From assembly GCA_031264545.1 (NCBI GenBank), contig JAISDV010000151.1:1-40509 (forward strand): DNA of 40,509 nucleotides, given 5' to 3'. This stretch comes from Oscillospiraceae bacterium. Its GTDB lineage: Bacteria; Bacillota; Clostridia; Oscillospirales; Oscillospiraceae. Below the pieces are notes generated by a model that was not told where the DNA came from, did not search any database, and was given only the letters and a program-made list of their open reading frames with translations. Shown in pieces: positions 1 through 9,864 of the stretch. A program made the translations under genes and the position numbers. The stretch's first letter is position 1; every line of letters starts with the position of its first letter.

Positions 1-518
1 GTTTCCGGCACCAGCCCGGCGGCAATGGCGGATTCTATCTCGGCGCTAGCCCAGTCGGACGGGGCGTTCGGGTCGGCGGGGGCAAGGTTGGCTAGGGGCA
101 TCAGATTGCTGAACCCTGATTCGGAACCTGCCGGCATAAACATAATGAACAAGGATTTGCTTTTCCCGGAAAAACTTATGTCTGGATCGCCGTCAGTAAG
201 TGAGAAAAAATCAATGCTTTCACCTGCCTTAATGGTACGTGGGCTACCATTGAGTCCATAAGAAAGTGTCACAGCTTTATTAAACATAACCGTCGTATCG
301 TTATAGCAAAAGAAAGTAATCCGTTGCCCATCACTCTCATCATATAGAGAATATAAAGACCCCGCGTTGGTAAAGGTGATTTGAAAATCATTTGAATCGG
401 GGATAGTGACTGTTATTTGTGGAATTTTTTCCAGCTTCTCTCCCGCCGCCATCGCGGGGATGCCCAGTCCCGCCAAAAAGACGAGCACAAGGACTAATGC
501 TGAGATTTGTTGCTTCAT
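1..518 (-). CDS. secreted protein of unknown function, N-terminal 172 codons only (3' end lies beyond the left edge)
   Basis: Absent from the ORF track because no stop lies in the window. Hand translation of the minus strand from ATG 518-516 stays open to position 1. It reads MKQQISALVLVLVFLAGLGIPAMAAGEK... (signal-peptide-like) and ends ...NAPSDWASAEIESAIAAGLVPE. A GGAG lies 10 nt upstream (529-532). The DNA is visibly more AT-rich than the rest of the window. Confidence 0.6.
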   Translation of the reverse strand, partial: MKQQISALVLVLVFLAGLGIPAMAAGEKLEKIPQITVTIPDSNDFQITFTNAGSLYSLYDESDGQRITFFCYNDTTVMFNKAVTLSYGLNGSPRTIKAGESIDFFSLTDGDPDISFSGKSKSLFIMFMPAGSESGFSNLMPLANLAPADPNAPSDWASAEIESAIAAGLVPE

Positions 519-840
519 GACTTTTCTGCTCCTTTGTTTTATGTTTTTATGTCCCTATACAAACGGTTCTACTTTTTGACAGCTAATTTTATAGGAAAAC
601 ATTAGCACAAAAATCAGCTAATCGCAATAAAAATCCGAGCAGTTCTTGTATTGCGGCCAAGGCGGTCAATGCGCAGAATGACCAGCAAATTGCCGAGCTG
701 GCGCTTTTGCCGAAAAAGTCCGCTTCGTCGTGTCCCTGACCCGGGCGCGGCCTTCCGCGCGGCAAAAATCTGTCCGCCCGCTTTATATGCCCCGGATTTT
801 GTGCTATACTTTAGCCAAATCGCAGTGAAGGAGGCGCCGT

Positions 841-3800
841 ATGCTGAGACTCATAGTGGGCGTTGCCGGCAGCGGCAAAACCGCGCGCATTACGGACGAA
901 ATCCGGCAGCGCGTTGCCCGCCGGGAAACGGGCGTGATCCTGCTTGTGCCCGAGCAGTACAGTCACGAGGCCGAACGTGAGCTGTGCCGGGTCTGCGGCG
1001 ACGGGCTGTCGCGCTATGCGGAGGTCCTCAGCTTTTCACGCCTCGCCGTCCGTGTCGCGCAGGAAACCGGGACGGGCGGCAAAATCGTGCTCGACAAAGG
1101 CGGGCGCCTTCTTTGCATGTCCCTTGCGCTCAGTCAGCTCGGCGGGCGGCTGAAGCTGTTCTCCGCCGCCGCGCACCGGGCCGAGCTTCAGGCCGCCCTG
1201 CTCCAGACCGTAACGGCGCTGAAAACGGCGCATGTCGGTTCAGAGGCGCTGCGCGCCGCGGCCCTGTCGGCGGAGAACAGCCTTTCGGACAAGCTCAGCG
1301 ATCTCGCGCTCTGCCTGGACGCCTACGACGCAATCCTCGCGCAGGGGCGCGCGGACCCGGCGGACAGGCTCGCACGCTTGGCCGAGACCCTCGGTCAAAG
1401 CGCCGTCTGCTGCAGCGGACATATCTATATCGACGGCTTCACTGACTTCACCGGCGCGGAGCTTGCGGTCATCAGAACGCTGCTGAAAAAAAACGCCGCG
1501 CTGACCGTCTGCCTGAGCTGTGACGGGCTTCACGGCAAGAGCGAGCACTTCGCGCTCTCCCGGACGGCGGCAAATACCCTGCTCCGCTATGCGCGGGAGG
1601 CAGGCGTTGAAACAGCGCTTGTTGACGCCCCGGATATTTCAGGCAAGGCCGCGCCTCTCGTATTCCTCGACGAGAAGCTTTACAGCTTCACCGACGAGGT
1701 CCGGGAAAACACGGACGGCTGCATTGCCGTTCTCCGGGCGGAGAGCGTCCGCTCCGAGTGTGAGGCCGCGGCGGCGAACTGTCTTGAGCTCGTGCGCTCA
1801 GGCGCTTGCCGTTATCGGGATATTGCCGTCGCGGTGCGCGGCTTTGAGGGCTATGCCGCCGTGCTGGAGGAGGCCTTTCGCTTTTACGGTGTGCCGCTTT
1901 TCACTGCGCGCCGAGGCAGCGTGCTCCAGAAGCCGGTCGCCGCGCTGATTGCCGACGCTTTCGAAATCCTTCAGGGCGGCTGGGAAACGGACGCTGTCCT
2001 CAGCTATATGAAAACGGGTCTTACAGGACTTTCTGTTGACGACCGCGACCTGATCGAGCGCTACGCCGTCATGTGGCGTGTGCGCGGCGCGCTGTGGTAC
2101 AGGCGCGCGCCGTGGTCGCAGCATCCGGCGGGATACGGGGCGGAGCGGACGCCCGAGAGCCTTGACGCGCTCTCGCGGCTCAATGCGATACGCCGCTTGC
2201 TTACAGCCCCGCTTGCCCGCCTTGCCGAAAGCGGCGACAGAGCGAAAACCGCGTCGGAACAGGCGAAAGCGCTCGCGGCCTTTCTCTCCGAGCTGCGCCT
2301 GCCGGAAACGCTTGCGGATAAGGCCCGGCGGCTTGAGGAAGCCGGCCGCGCCCTGTACGCGGAGGAAACACTTCAGCTCTGGGAGCTGACCGTCAAATGC
2401 CTCGAGCAGAGCGCCGCCATACTCGGCGACACGCCGATGACGCAGGAGCAGTTTTCGAAGCTCTTTCTGCAGACGCTCTCTCAGTATGACGTATCCGCGA
2501 TTCCCGTCTCGCTCGACCGGGTCCAGGCGGGCGATATGGACAGGATGCGCCGCCGCCGGATCAAGCACCTGATGATCCTCGGCGCATCGGACGACAGACT
2601 GCCCGGAGCCCTCGGCGGCGGCGGCATACTTTCCGGGGAGGAGTGCGACGAGCTGGATACCCTCGGTATCCCCCTTGGCGGACGGACGCTCGGGCTGGCC
2701 CGTGAGCTGTCGCTTATTTACAGCTGTGTCGCCCTGCCCTCGGAGACGCTCACGCTGTCCTACTGCGCGCTGACCGAGGGCGGCGCAAGAGCCAGGCCGA
2801 GCTTTCTCATTAACCGCGCAAAGCTGCTTTTCGGACTCGAGGAAAGCCCGGTCCATCCCGAAACGGTCAGTCTTGCCGCGCCGGAGCCCGCGTTCCTGCT
2901 CGCGCTGGGCAGCGCGGACGACGCGCCCTCGAGACTCGCGCGCGCCTGCTTTTCTGAGACCGAGGCGGACCGAGGCAGGCTCGACGCCCTTGCCGACAGG
3001 GCCGGGCGCGGACGCGGCAGCCTCTCCGAACAGACTGTTAAAACACTTTACGGCGAAACACTCAGGCTCACGCCCTCGCGGACGGACGCGTTTTCCGCCT
3101 GCCGTCTTTATTATTTCCTGCGCTATGGCTTAAAGCTCAGCGAAAAGGAGCGCGCGGGCTTCGAGGCCCCGGAGCTTGGCAGCTTCATGCACTATGTGCT
3201 GGAAAACGTCGCCGCTGAAATCGCTGCCGGACCGGGCTTTAAAGCTGTAGAGGAAGAGACGGTGACTATCCTCGCCGACCGCTTTGCCGGGCTTTATGCC
3301 GAGGAAAAGCTGGGCGGACTCGCGGACAAGGCCCCCCGCTTTGTCTATTTATTTGAACGCCTCCGGCCGACGATCCGCCGCGTCGCGGCCGACATGGTGC
3401 GCGAGCTGTCGCGCTCGGATTTCGTCCCCCTCGATTTTGAACTGGGCCTGGGACAGGGCGGAGCGCTTCCGCCCGTCCGTATAGGAGACGGAGATAACGC
3501 GCTTTATATCAGCGGTATCGCCGACCGGGTAGACGGCTGCGAGAAGGACGGCAAGCTCTATATCCGTGTGGTCGATTACAAGACCGGCAAGACAACCTTT
3601 TCGCTGTCTGATGTCTGGTACGGCATGGGCATGCAGCTGCTGCTCTACCTTTTTGCCCTCGAGCGCGAGGGCGAAAAACGCTACGGCAAGCCGGTTGTTC
3701 CCGCCGGGGTGCTCTACGTTCCGGCGCGTGACGTGCTGATCCAGGCCAGCCGCGACCTGTCCGATGAGGCGCTGTCCAAGGAAAAGGCGAAGCTCCGCCG

Positions 3801-4176
3801 GCGCAGCGGGCTGATCCTGAACGACGCGGCGGTCATCGCTGCCATGGAGCGTGCCGAGGTGCCGGAGTATCTGCCTGTCAGCACGAAAAAGGACGGATCC
3901 TTCAGCACCGATGCGCTTGCGGACACGGAAAGGTTCGAGACCCTGCGCGGTCATGTCGACCGGCGTATGCTCGAGCTTGGCGGACAGCTTGCCTGCGGCA
4001 GGATCGAGGCGCTTCCCTACTATAGGGGCGAGCAGGACAACGCCTGCCTGTACTGTCCCTATCGCAGCGTCTGCCGCTTCGACGAAGGGCGGGACAAACG
4101 GCGATATCTGGCAAAGCTGAGGCCCGCCGAATTCTGGGAGAGTGTGGAGGGTGAAAGATGCGCCGCATCGGACTGA
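841..4176 (+). CDS. addB: helicase-exonuclease AddAB, subunit AddB
   Basis: 1111-aa ORF with an ATG start and AGGAGG 6 nt upstream. It has an N-terminal Walker A (GVAGSGKT), a RecB-type nuclease motif (VVDYKTGK) and a C-terminal Cys cluster (CLYCPYRSVC) typical of the AddB Fe-S domain. It overlaps addA by 19 nt. Confidence 0.9.
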   Translation: MLRLIVGVAGSGKTARITDEIRQRVARRETGVILLVPEQYSHEAERELCRVCGDGLSRYAEVLSFSRLAVRVAQETGTGGKIVLDKGGRLLCMSLALSQLGGRLKLFSAAAHRAELQAALLQTVTALKTAHVGSEALRAAALSAENSLSDKLSDLALCLDAYDAILAQGRADPADRLARLAETLGQSAVCCSGHIYIDGFTDFTGAELAVIRTLLKKNAALTVCLSCDGLHGKSEHFALSRTAANTLLRYAREAGVETALVDAPDISGKAAPLVFLDEKLYSFTDEVRENTDGCIAVLRAESVRSECEAAAANCLELVRSGACRYRDIAVAVRGFEGYAAVLEEAFRFYGVPLFTARRGSVLQKPVAALIADAFEILQGGWETDAVLSYMKTGLTGLSVDDRDLIERYAVMWRVRGALWYRRAPWSQHPAGYGAERTPESLDALSRLNAIRRLLTAPLARLAESGDRAKTASEQAKALAAFLSELRLPETLADKARRLEEAGRALYAEETLQLWELTVKCLEQSAAILGDTPMTQEQFSKLFLQTLSQYDVSAIPVSLDRVQAGDMDRMRRRRIKHLMILGASDDRLPGALGGGGILSGEECDELDTLGIPLGGRTLGLARELSLIYSCVALPSETLTLSYCALTEGGARARPSFLINRAKLLFGLEESPVHPETVSLAAPEPAFLLALGSADDAPSRLARACFSETEADRGRLDALADRAGRGRGSLSEQTVKTLYGETLRLTPSRTDAFSACRLYYFLRYGLKLSEKERAGFEAPELGSFMHYVLENVAAEIAAGPGFKAVEEETVTILADRFAGLYAEEKLGGLADKAPRFVYLFERLRPTIRRVAADMVRELSRSDFVPLDFELGLGQGGALPPVRIGDGDNALYISGIADRVDGCEKDGKLYIRVVDYKTGKTTFSLSDVWYGMGMQLLLYLFALEREGEKRYGKPVVPAGVLYVPARDVLIQASRDLSDEALSKEKAKLRRRSGLILNDAAVIAAMERAEVPEYLPVSTKKDGSFSTDALADTERFETLRGHVDRRMLELGGQLACGRIEALPYYRGEQDNACLYCPYRSVCRFDEGRDKRRYLAKLRPAEFWESVEGERCAASD

Positions 4177-7100
4177 CCAGGGAACAGGATAACGCTGTAT
4201 ACGCCCGCGCGTCTGCCGTGCTGGTCTCGGCCGCCGCAGGCAGCGGAAAGACGCGCGTGCTCACCGAGCGGCTCATGTCCTATGTGACCGACGGGGATGC
4301 GCCGCAGGACGTCACAGCGTTTCTCATCATCACCTATACGCGCGCCGCCGCCGGCGAGCTGCGCGCGCGGATACTCGACGAGCTGTCCCTCCGCGCCGCG
4401 GCCGAGCCGGAGGACCGCCGCCTGCGCCGCCAGGCCGCGCTCTGCTACCAGGCGCAGATCGGAACCATTCACAGCTTCTGCACGGCCGTCTTGCGCGAGC
4501 ACGCGCACCGGGCCGGACTGGACCCCGATTTCCGTGTCGGCGACGAGAACATCTGCGCGGAGCTGCGCGAAAGGGCGCTTGAAAAAACGCTCGAGCGCGC
4601 CTACGGGCAGCTCGGCGGGGATGAGGACTTTGCCCGTCTCGTCGAGAGCGTCGGCGCCGGCCGGGACGATTCGCGCCTTGCCCGGGCGCTGCTCGAGCTC
4701 TACGCCAAGATGCAGAGTCATCCCTATCCCGAGAGCTGGGCTGCGCGGCAAGCCGCCGCGCTTGACGTTTCCTGTCTCGGGGATGCCGGGGAAACCGTCT
4801 GGGGGCGCGAGCTGCTGGCATCGGCAGGAAAAAGCGCCCGCTATTGGTTGGAGCGCCTTGAAACGCTCTGGCGGAGTCTCTGTACCGCCGGGGCTGAAAA
4901 TGCGCTGATGCTTGCGGCCTACGGCGAGAGCATCGGCGAGACGATGGACGCGCTGCGGCGCTTTATCTCCGCGCTGGGACGCGGCTGGGACGCTGCGGGG
5001 CTGGCCCTGCCGATACCCTTTCCCCGCCTGAAACAGCTTCGAAGCTTCGCGTTTGAGGACAGGAAAAATGCTTTTACCGCCGCGCGGGAGGGCTGCAAAA
5101 ATGCCATGGAAAGCCTATCCGCCGTTTTTTCCGACGGCTCGGAAAGGCTACTGGCGGAGCTTGCGGAAACCGCCCCGGCGATGCGCGCGCTTCTGCGGCT
5201 CGCGCTCGACTTCGGGCGCGCCTATTCCGCGGAAAAGCGGCGGCGCGGTCTGCTCGACTTTTCCGATCTCGAGCATTGTGCCGTCCGCCTGCTCTGTGAC
5301 GCGGAAACGGGGCTTCCGACTGAGACGGCGCGGGACATTTCACGCAGATACACGGAAATCATGGTCGACGAATATCAGGACGTCAACGCCGTGCAGGACC
5401 TCATTTTCCGCTGCATCTCACGGGAGGGCGGCAACATTTTTATGGTCGGGGATGTCAAGCAGTCCATCTACCGCTTCCGTCTGGCCGACCCCACGATTTT
5501 TCTTGAAAAATACCGTGATTTCAGTGATTTTATATCCTATGAGGACAATAATCCGCGAAGAATCCTGCTTCAAAACAATTTTCGCTCCGACAGAAACATC
5601 CTCACAGCCTGTAATCATATTTTCTCGAACATTATGAGCGAGGCGCTCGGCGATATTGCCTACGACGAAAAAGCCGCGCTTTTTCCGCCGGAGGACGCGC
5701 CGTCCGCGCGCGGTAAAGCGGAGCTGCGTATCCTCGCCGTCCCGCAGGCGGAGGACGGAGAGGAGCGCCCGGACAAAACGTATCTTGAGGCAAAGCAGGT
5801 GGTCTCACAGATCAGGGCGCTTGTTTCCGGCGGAGAGCTGATTTCGGAGAACGGCGCGCTTCGTCCAGTCCGTTACGGCGATATTGCGATCCTCCTGCGT
5901 TCGCCTAATGCCGCCGGCGCGCAATTTCGCCGCGCGCTCGCGGAAGCTGGCGTTCCCGTCCTTGCCGAGCAAGGCGGTGCCTTCTTTTCCTCTCCGGAAA
6001 TTCTCATTACCCTGTCGCTGTTATCTGTTATAGATAACCCACACCGCGACGTTCCCCTCGCGGCCGTGCTTTCCTCCCCGGTTTTCGACTTCAGCGCAGA
6101 CGAGCTTTCCATGATCCGCGCAGGCGCGAAGGAAGGGGATTTTTTCTCCGCTGTTGAAAAAGCCGCGCGGGAAAATAACAAGTGCGCGGCGTTTATCGAC
6201 ACGCTTTCCGGGCTCCGTGCGCTTTCCGAGGATATCGGCGTCTGTGAGCTGCTCTGCCTGATCTACGACCGGCTTGACCTTTCCGCCGTCTGTAACGCAG
6301 TCTATGGCGGCTGCGTCAATCTTACGCTTCTGCTGGACTGCGCGGCGCGCTTTGAGGAAAACGGCTACCGCGGCCTGTTTGCCTTCATCAGGCAGCTTCG
6401 GCGAATGGAGGCGAGCGGAGAAGAGCCTGCGGCCGGCGGCGCCCAGGCGGGCAGCTCTGTCGTGCTGATGAGTATTCACAAATCGAAGGGCCTGGAGTTT
6501 CCGGTCGTTTTCCTCGCGAACACCGCGCGCGCGTTTAACCGGACCGAGCTGCGCGCGGCAGTGCTCATCCATCCGGAGCTGGGCCTGGGCTGTAAGCTGA
6601 CGGATACGGCGCGCGGTATCGAATATCCCACGCTGGCACGCCGTGCGATTGCCGCCCGGCTCAACGCCGAAATGCTTTCCGAGGAGATGCGTGTGCTCTA
6701 TGTCGCGCTTACCCGGGCGAAAGAGCGCCTGTATATCTCCTGTACCGACAAGGACCCGGAAGCGCTGCTCGCAAAGCTTTCCGCCGGCCTTTCACAGCCG
6801 CTCAGCCCCGAAATCCTCAGCGCGCAGCCGGCAATGGCCCATTGGCTTATTTCCGCTGCTCTGCTCGACGGCGGCGGACCGCTGAAACCGATGATCGTGT
6901 ACGCCGAGGACCTTTCAGACGCAGCGGCCGGGGCAGTGCCGCACACTCCGGCGGCGCAAAAGGCCGCGCCTGTCGACGAAAACGCCCTTGCCGCGCTGCG
7001 TGAGCAGCTCAGCTTCCGCTACCCCTATGAGCGCGCGGTCAGGCTGCCCTCGAAGATCACGGCGACCGCCCTGCCGCGGGAAGAGCCGGAGGAGGCCGGG

Positions 7101-7688
7101 GAAGCTCTTGTAAAGGCGCAGCCCCGCAGCTTTCGCCTGCCGGATTTTATGGCCGGCGAGCGCCCGCTGACCGGCGCCGAGCGCGGCACGGCGACACATA
7201 TCGTCATGCAGCTCATCGATTTTTCCAAAACGGCAACGCACGACCAGCTTGCGGGCGAGATCGAGCGGCTCCGCCGGACCGGACAGCTTGACGACAAACA
7301 GGCGCGCGCCGTGGACAGGAACGCGATTCTCACATTTTTTGCATCGGAGACCGGAAAAACCCTCAAAGCCGCAGAAAAGGTTCACCGTGAACGGCGTTTT
7401 TCCATCCTCTGCCCCGCAAGCGTTTTTTTTCCGGACGGCGGAAGTGAGGATATTCTGCTGCAGGGGATCGTAGACTGCTGTATAGAACGGGAAAGCGCGA
7501 TTGAAATCCTCGACTATAAAACCGACTATGTCACGCCTGAAACCTTGGATGAGAGGACGGAGCACTACAAGAAGCAGCTGCTGGCGTATGCCCATGCCAT
7601 GTCGCGCATGTTTGGGAAGCGCGTATCGTCCTGCAAGCTCTGCTTTCTGTGCGCGGGGCTGGTTTCCGCCGTTCCCCCGCCGTCATAA
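4158..7688 (+). CDS. addA: helicase-exonuclease AddAB, subunit AddA (UvrD/Rep-type helicase plus nuclease)
   Basis: 1176-aa ORF with SF1 motif I (AAAGSGKTRVL), motif II (VDEYQDVN) and a C-terminal nuclease motif (ILDYKTD). It is translationally coupled to addB. Confidence 0.9.
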   Translation: MRRIGLTREQDNAVYARASAVLVSAAAGSGKTRVLTERLMSYVTDGDAPQDVTAFLIITYTRAAAGELRARILDELSLRAAAEPEDRRLRRQAALCYQAQIGTIHSFCTAVLREHAHRAGLDPDFRVGDENICAELRERALEKTLERAYGQLGGDEDFARLVESVGAGRDDSRLARALLELYAKMQSHPYPESWAARQAAALDVSCLGDAGETVWGRELLASAGKSARYWLERLETLWRSLCTAGAENALMLAAYGESIGETMDALRRFISALGRGWDAAGLALPIPFPRLKQLRSFAFEDRKNAFTAAREGCKNAMESLSAVFSDGSERLLAELAETAPAMRALLRLALDFGRAYSAEKRRRGLLDFSDLEHCAVRLLCDAETGLPTETARDISRRYTEIMVDEYQDVNAVQDLIFRCISREGGNIFMVGDVKQSIYRFRLADPTIFLEKYRDFSDFISYEDNNPRRILLQNNFRSDRNILTACNHIFSNIMSEALGDIAYDEKAALFPPEDAPSARGKAELRILAVPQAEDGEERPDKTYLEAKQVVSQIRALVSGGELISENGALRPVRYGDIAILLRSPNAAGAQFRRALAEAGVPVLAEQGGAFFSSPEILITLSLLSVIDNPHRDVPLAAVLSSPVFDFSADELSMIRAGAKEGDFFSAVEKAARENNKCAAFIDTLSGLRALSEDIGVCELLCLIYDRLDLSAVCNAVYGGCVNLTLLLDCAARFEENGYRGLFAFIRQLRRMEASGEEPAAGGAQAGSSVVLMSIHKSKGLEFPVVFLANTARAFNRTELRAAVLIHPELGLGCKLTDTARGIEYPTLARRAIAARLNAEMLSEEMRVLYVALTRAKERLYISCTDKDPEALLAKLSAGLSQPLSPEILSAQPAMAHWLISAALLDGGGPLKPMIVYAEDLSDAAAGAVPHTPAAQKAAPVDENALAALREQLSFRYPYERAVRLPSKITATALPREEPEEAGEALVKAQPRSFRLPDFMAGERPLTGAERGTATHIVMQLIDFSKTATHDQLAGEIERLRRTGQLDDKQARAVDRNAILTFFASETGKTLKAAEKVHRERRFSILCPASVFFPDGGSEDILLQGIVDCCIERESAIEILDYKTDYVTPETLDERTEHYKKQLLAYAHAMSRMFGKRVSSCKLCFLCAGLVSAVPPPS

Positions 7689-7700
7689 CGGCACGCCGGT

Positions 7701-7733
7701 AAAAAGCAAATGACCCGCACCGAAAGGTACGGG
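7701..7733 (-). terminator. intrinsic terminator of rpmE
   Basis: Stem CCCGCACC (7714-7721), loop GAAA, stem GGTACGGG (7726-7733), with one G-U pair. On the minus strand it is followed by TCATTTGCTTTTT. Confidence 0.6.
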
Positions 7734-7755
7734 CCATGTCATTGGCGATAACCTG

Positions 7756-7953
7756 TTACAGGCCGAATTTTCTGTTGAATTTCTCGACCCGTCCGCTGGT
7801 GTCGACCAGCTTCTGCTTACCTGTATAGAAAGGGTGACATTTGGAACAGATTTCAACTGTAATGTCCTTCTTCGTAGAACCCGTTTCTATCACTTCGCCG
7901 CAGGCGCACCGAATCGTGGTCTGCCCGTAGTTGGGATGGATGCTTTCCTTCAT
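7756..7953 (-). CDS. rpmE: 50S ribosomal protein L31 (Zn-ribbon type)
   Basis: Internal ATG at 7953 within ORF 7756..8100 gives [65 protein letters not shown] (65 aa). A GAGGTG RBS lies upstream. The longer ORF start is an artefact. Confidence 0.93.
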   Translation of the reverse strand: MKESIHPNYGQTTIRCACGEVIETGSTKKDITVEICSKCHPFYTGKQKLVDTSGRVEKFNRKFGL

Positions 7954-7998
7954 GCCGTTCACCTCTTTCGTGAGTGCCGCTATCAAAACATAAGTCGT

Positions 7999-8027
7999 AT
8001 TGTAGCATAACCGCAGAATTTTTGCAA
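7999..8027 (-). promoter_or_regulatory. sigma-A-type promoter of rpmE
   Basis: Minus strand reads TTGCAA (8027-8022), a 17-nt spacer, then TACAAT (8004-7999), preceded by TGc (extended -10). Confidence 0.5.
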
Positions 8028-8118
8028 GAACTTTTTCAATTTGACGTTTCGCTTTGGCCTTCCACACCGACGTTATGCTTACCGCAAAGGCGGCAAGCAC
8101 TGCAATTCCTCGGCGGGA

Positions 8119-8382
8119 TCACGCCTCCGGCAGCCTGGCAGACACGTCCGGCGACGGTTCTTCGCCGGCGTCCGGATTTTCCCCGCCGACAGTTTCCCGG
8201 TTTTGTGAGAACGGCAGAATCAGCGTTGCGTTGCCGTTTTCATCATAGACCGCGTATTGCCGCAGCCAGTAAAACAGCAGGATCGCCGCAATCAGAACAG
8301 CCAGCACAGCCAGTATAACAGTGCCCGCGCGGGAGCGCGATTTTTTTCTTCCCTGATAAATATCCCTTGGCCTGATCGTCAT
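8119..8382 (-). CDS. small single-pass membrane protein, unknown function
   Basis: ATG at 8382 preceded by GGAGGATGCGTC. The product reads MTIRPRDIYQGRKKSRSRAGTVILAVLAVLIAAILLFYWL..., one hydrophobic helix followed by an acidic tail. The longer 142-aa ORF start lacks an RBS. Confidence 0.55.
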   Translation of the reverse strand: MTIRPRDIYQGRKKSRSRAGTVILAVLAVLIAAILLFYWLRQYAVYDENGNATLILPFSQNRETVGGENPDAGEEPSPDVSARLPEA

Positions 8383-8479
8383 GACGCATCCTCCGAACTT
8401 GGGGTTGTTTAAAAAATCGGCGCGGCAGAGCAAAAAACAGGGTCGTCCGCCGGGCGCGAACGGTTTTTTAAACAAGCCT

Positions 8480-8926
8480 CTAACAGGCGGTTCCGTCCTC
8501 AAGCTTGCCGATGAGCGCAACGCGGCGCGCGTGCCTTCCGCCCTCAAAATCCGTGCCGAGGAAAATGTCCACGATTTTCAGTGCGTGGCCGGCGCCGACG
8601 ACGCGTCCGCCGAGCGCGAGAATGTTCGCGTCGTTGTGCCTGCGCGTAAGCTCCGCGGAATAACAGTCGTGGCAGAGCGCGGCGCGAACGCCCCTGACCT
8701 TATTGGCCGCGATCGAGATACCGATGCCTGTTCCGCAGATAATGATTCCCCGCGCGTATTCACCGGAGGCGACCGCCCTGCCGACCGACTCCCCGTAAAC
8801 CGGGTAGTCGCAGCTGTTCCCGCTGTACGTTCCAAAATCTGTATATTCGAGACCCAGTTCTTCAAGGTGCTTTATAATTTCCTGTTTAAGCGCAAAACCG
8901 CCGTGGTCACTTCCCAGCGCTATCAT
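8480..8926 (-). CDS. rpiB: ribose-5-phosphate isomerase B (RpiB/LacAB family)
   Basis: 148 aa, reading MIALGSDHGGFALKQEI...GIIICGTGIGISIAANKVRGVRAAL...HNDANILALGGR, the characteristic RpiB sequence. Confidence 0.9.
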   Translation of the reverse strand: MIALGSDHGGFALKQEIIKHLEELGLEYTDFGTYSGNSCDYPVYGESVGRAVASGEYARGIIICGTGIGISIAANKVRGVRAALCHDCYSAELTRRHNDANILALGGRVVGAGHALKIVDIFLGTDFEGGRHARRVALIGKLEDGTAC

Positions 8927-8998
8927 ATCCGATCCTTCCTCCCAATTATACCGGGTTGTATCTGAATAAGATAAATTATAACGACAAACATCCTATAT

Positions 8999-9820
8999 CT
9001 ATATTTTTATGAATCTCGGCTTCCGTTTTTCGAACACCGTTATATAGCCGTAACCCAGCTGACGAAGAAGCGCGAGGCCGTCTGCAAGGCCCCGGCCCGC
9101 CTGATGTGTCCTGTGGGCGTCGCTGCCGACGGTAATGATCTCGCCGCCGAGCTGCCTGTAAAGGCGGAGCACGTCGGCCATTGGGATCGGCGCTCCGATC
9201 AGCGGGTCGGCAAAGCCCGAGCAGTTGAGTTCGATGCCCTTCCCGCGCGTGATAAGGTTCGTGAGCAGCTCACGCATTTTTTCGGGATATTTTTCAGCGC
9301 TGACATCCGCGTTAAACCCGGCTTTGCGCATATACCGCACGGTATAGCCGATATGCGCCATCACATCGAAGAACTCCAGCCTTGAAAGTTCGATAAGCTC
9401 GTCCAGATATGCGCCTACGAGCTTTAAGCATTCGGCTTCGCTGCGGTAGGCGTGCTCATAGAAGTCCGCGAGACCCTTCAGGCTGTGCAGGGAGCCGAGC
9501 ACAAAATCCAGCTCCGGCGTGGCCGCAATTTCCCGCGCACGCGCGGGGTCGTGGTTGCCCTCGCCAAGCTCGAGCCCGAGAAAGAGCGACAGGCCCTCCG
9601 GTTTTTCGGGAAGGGTCCCGGCATACATGTCCAGCATCCTGTCACGGTTTGAAAAGCAGTTCGGATCAGGCTTTCCCGTGAGATAATCGTCCAGATCGCA
9701 GTGGTCGGTGAAGCAGAGCGTCGTCACGCCCTTCTCGTGGGACGCACGCGCCATTTCAAGCATGCTGTGATGCCCGTCGTTTGAACAAATGCTGTGGATA
9801 TGATAATCGGTTAAAACCAT
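8999..9820 (-). CDS. PHP-domain phosphatase (HisJ/histidinol-phosphatase family)
   Basis: ATG at 9820 with AAGAGG upstream gives MVLTDYHIHSICSNDGHHS...FTDHCD...GSDAH, the PHP metal-binding His/Asp motifs. The 334-aa ORF extension overlaps the upstream gene and is rejected. Confidence 0.8.
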   Translation of the reverse strand: MVLTDYHIHSICSNDGHHSMLEMARASHEKGVTTLCFTDHCDLDDYLTGKPDPNCFSNRDRMLDMYAGTLPEKPEGLSLFLGLELGEGNHDPARAREIAATPELDFVLGSLHSLKGLADFYEHAYRSEAECLKLVGAYLDELIELSRLEFFDVMAHIGYTVRYMRKAGFNADVSAEKYPEKMRELLTNLITRGKGIELNCSGFADPLIGAPIPMADVLRLYRQLGGEIITVGSDAHRTHQAGRGLADGLALLRQLGYGYITVFEKRKPRFIKI

Positions 9821-9864
9821 TTCAGGACCTCTTATTTTATCGCTATACGGTGATGTCCGCAGTG

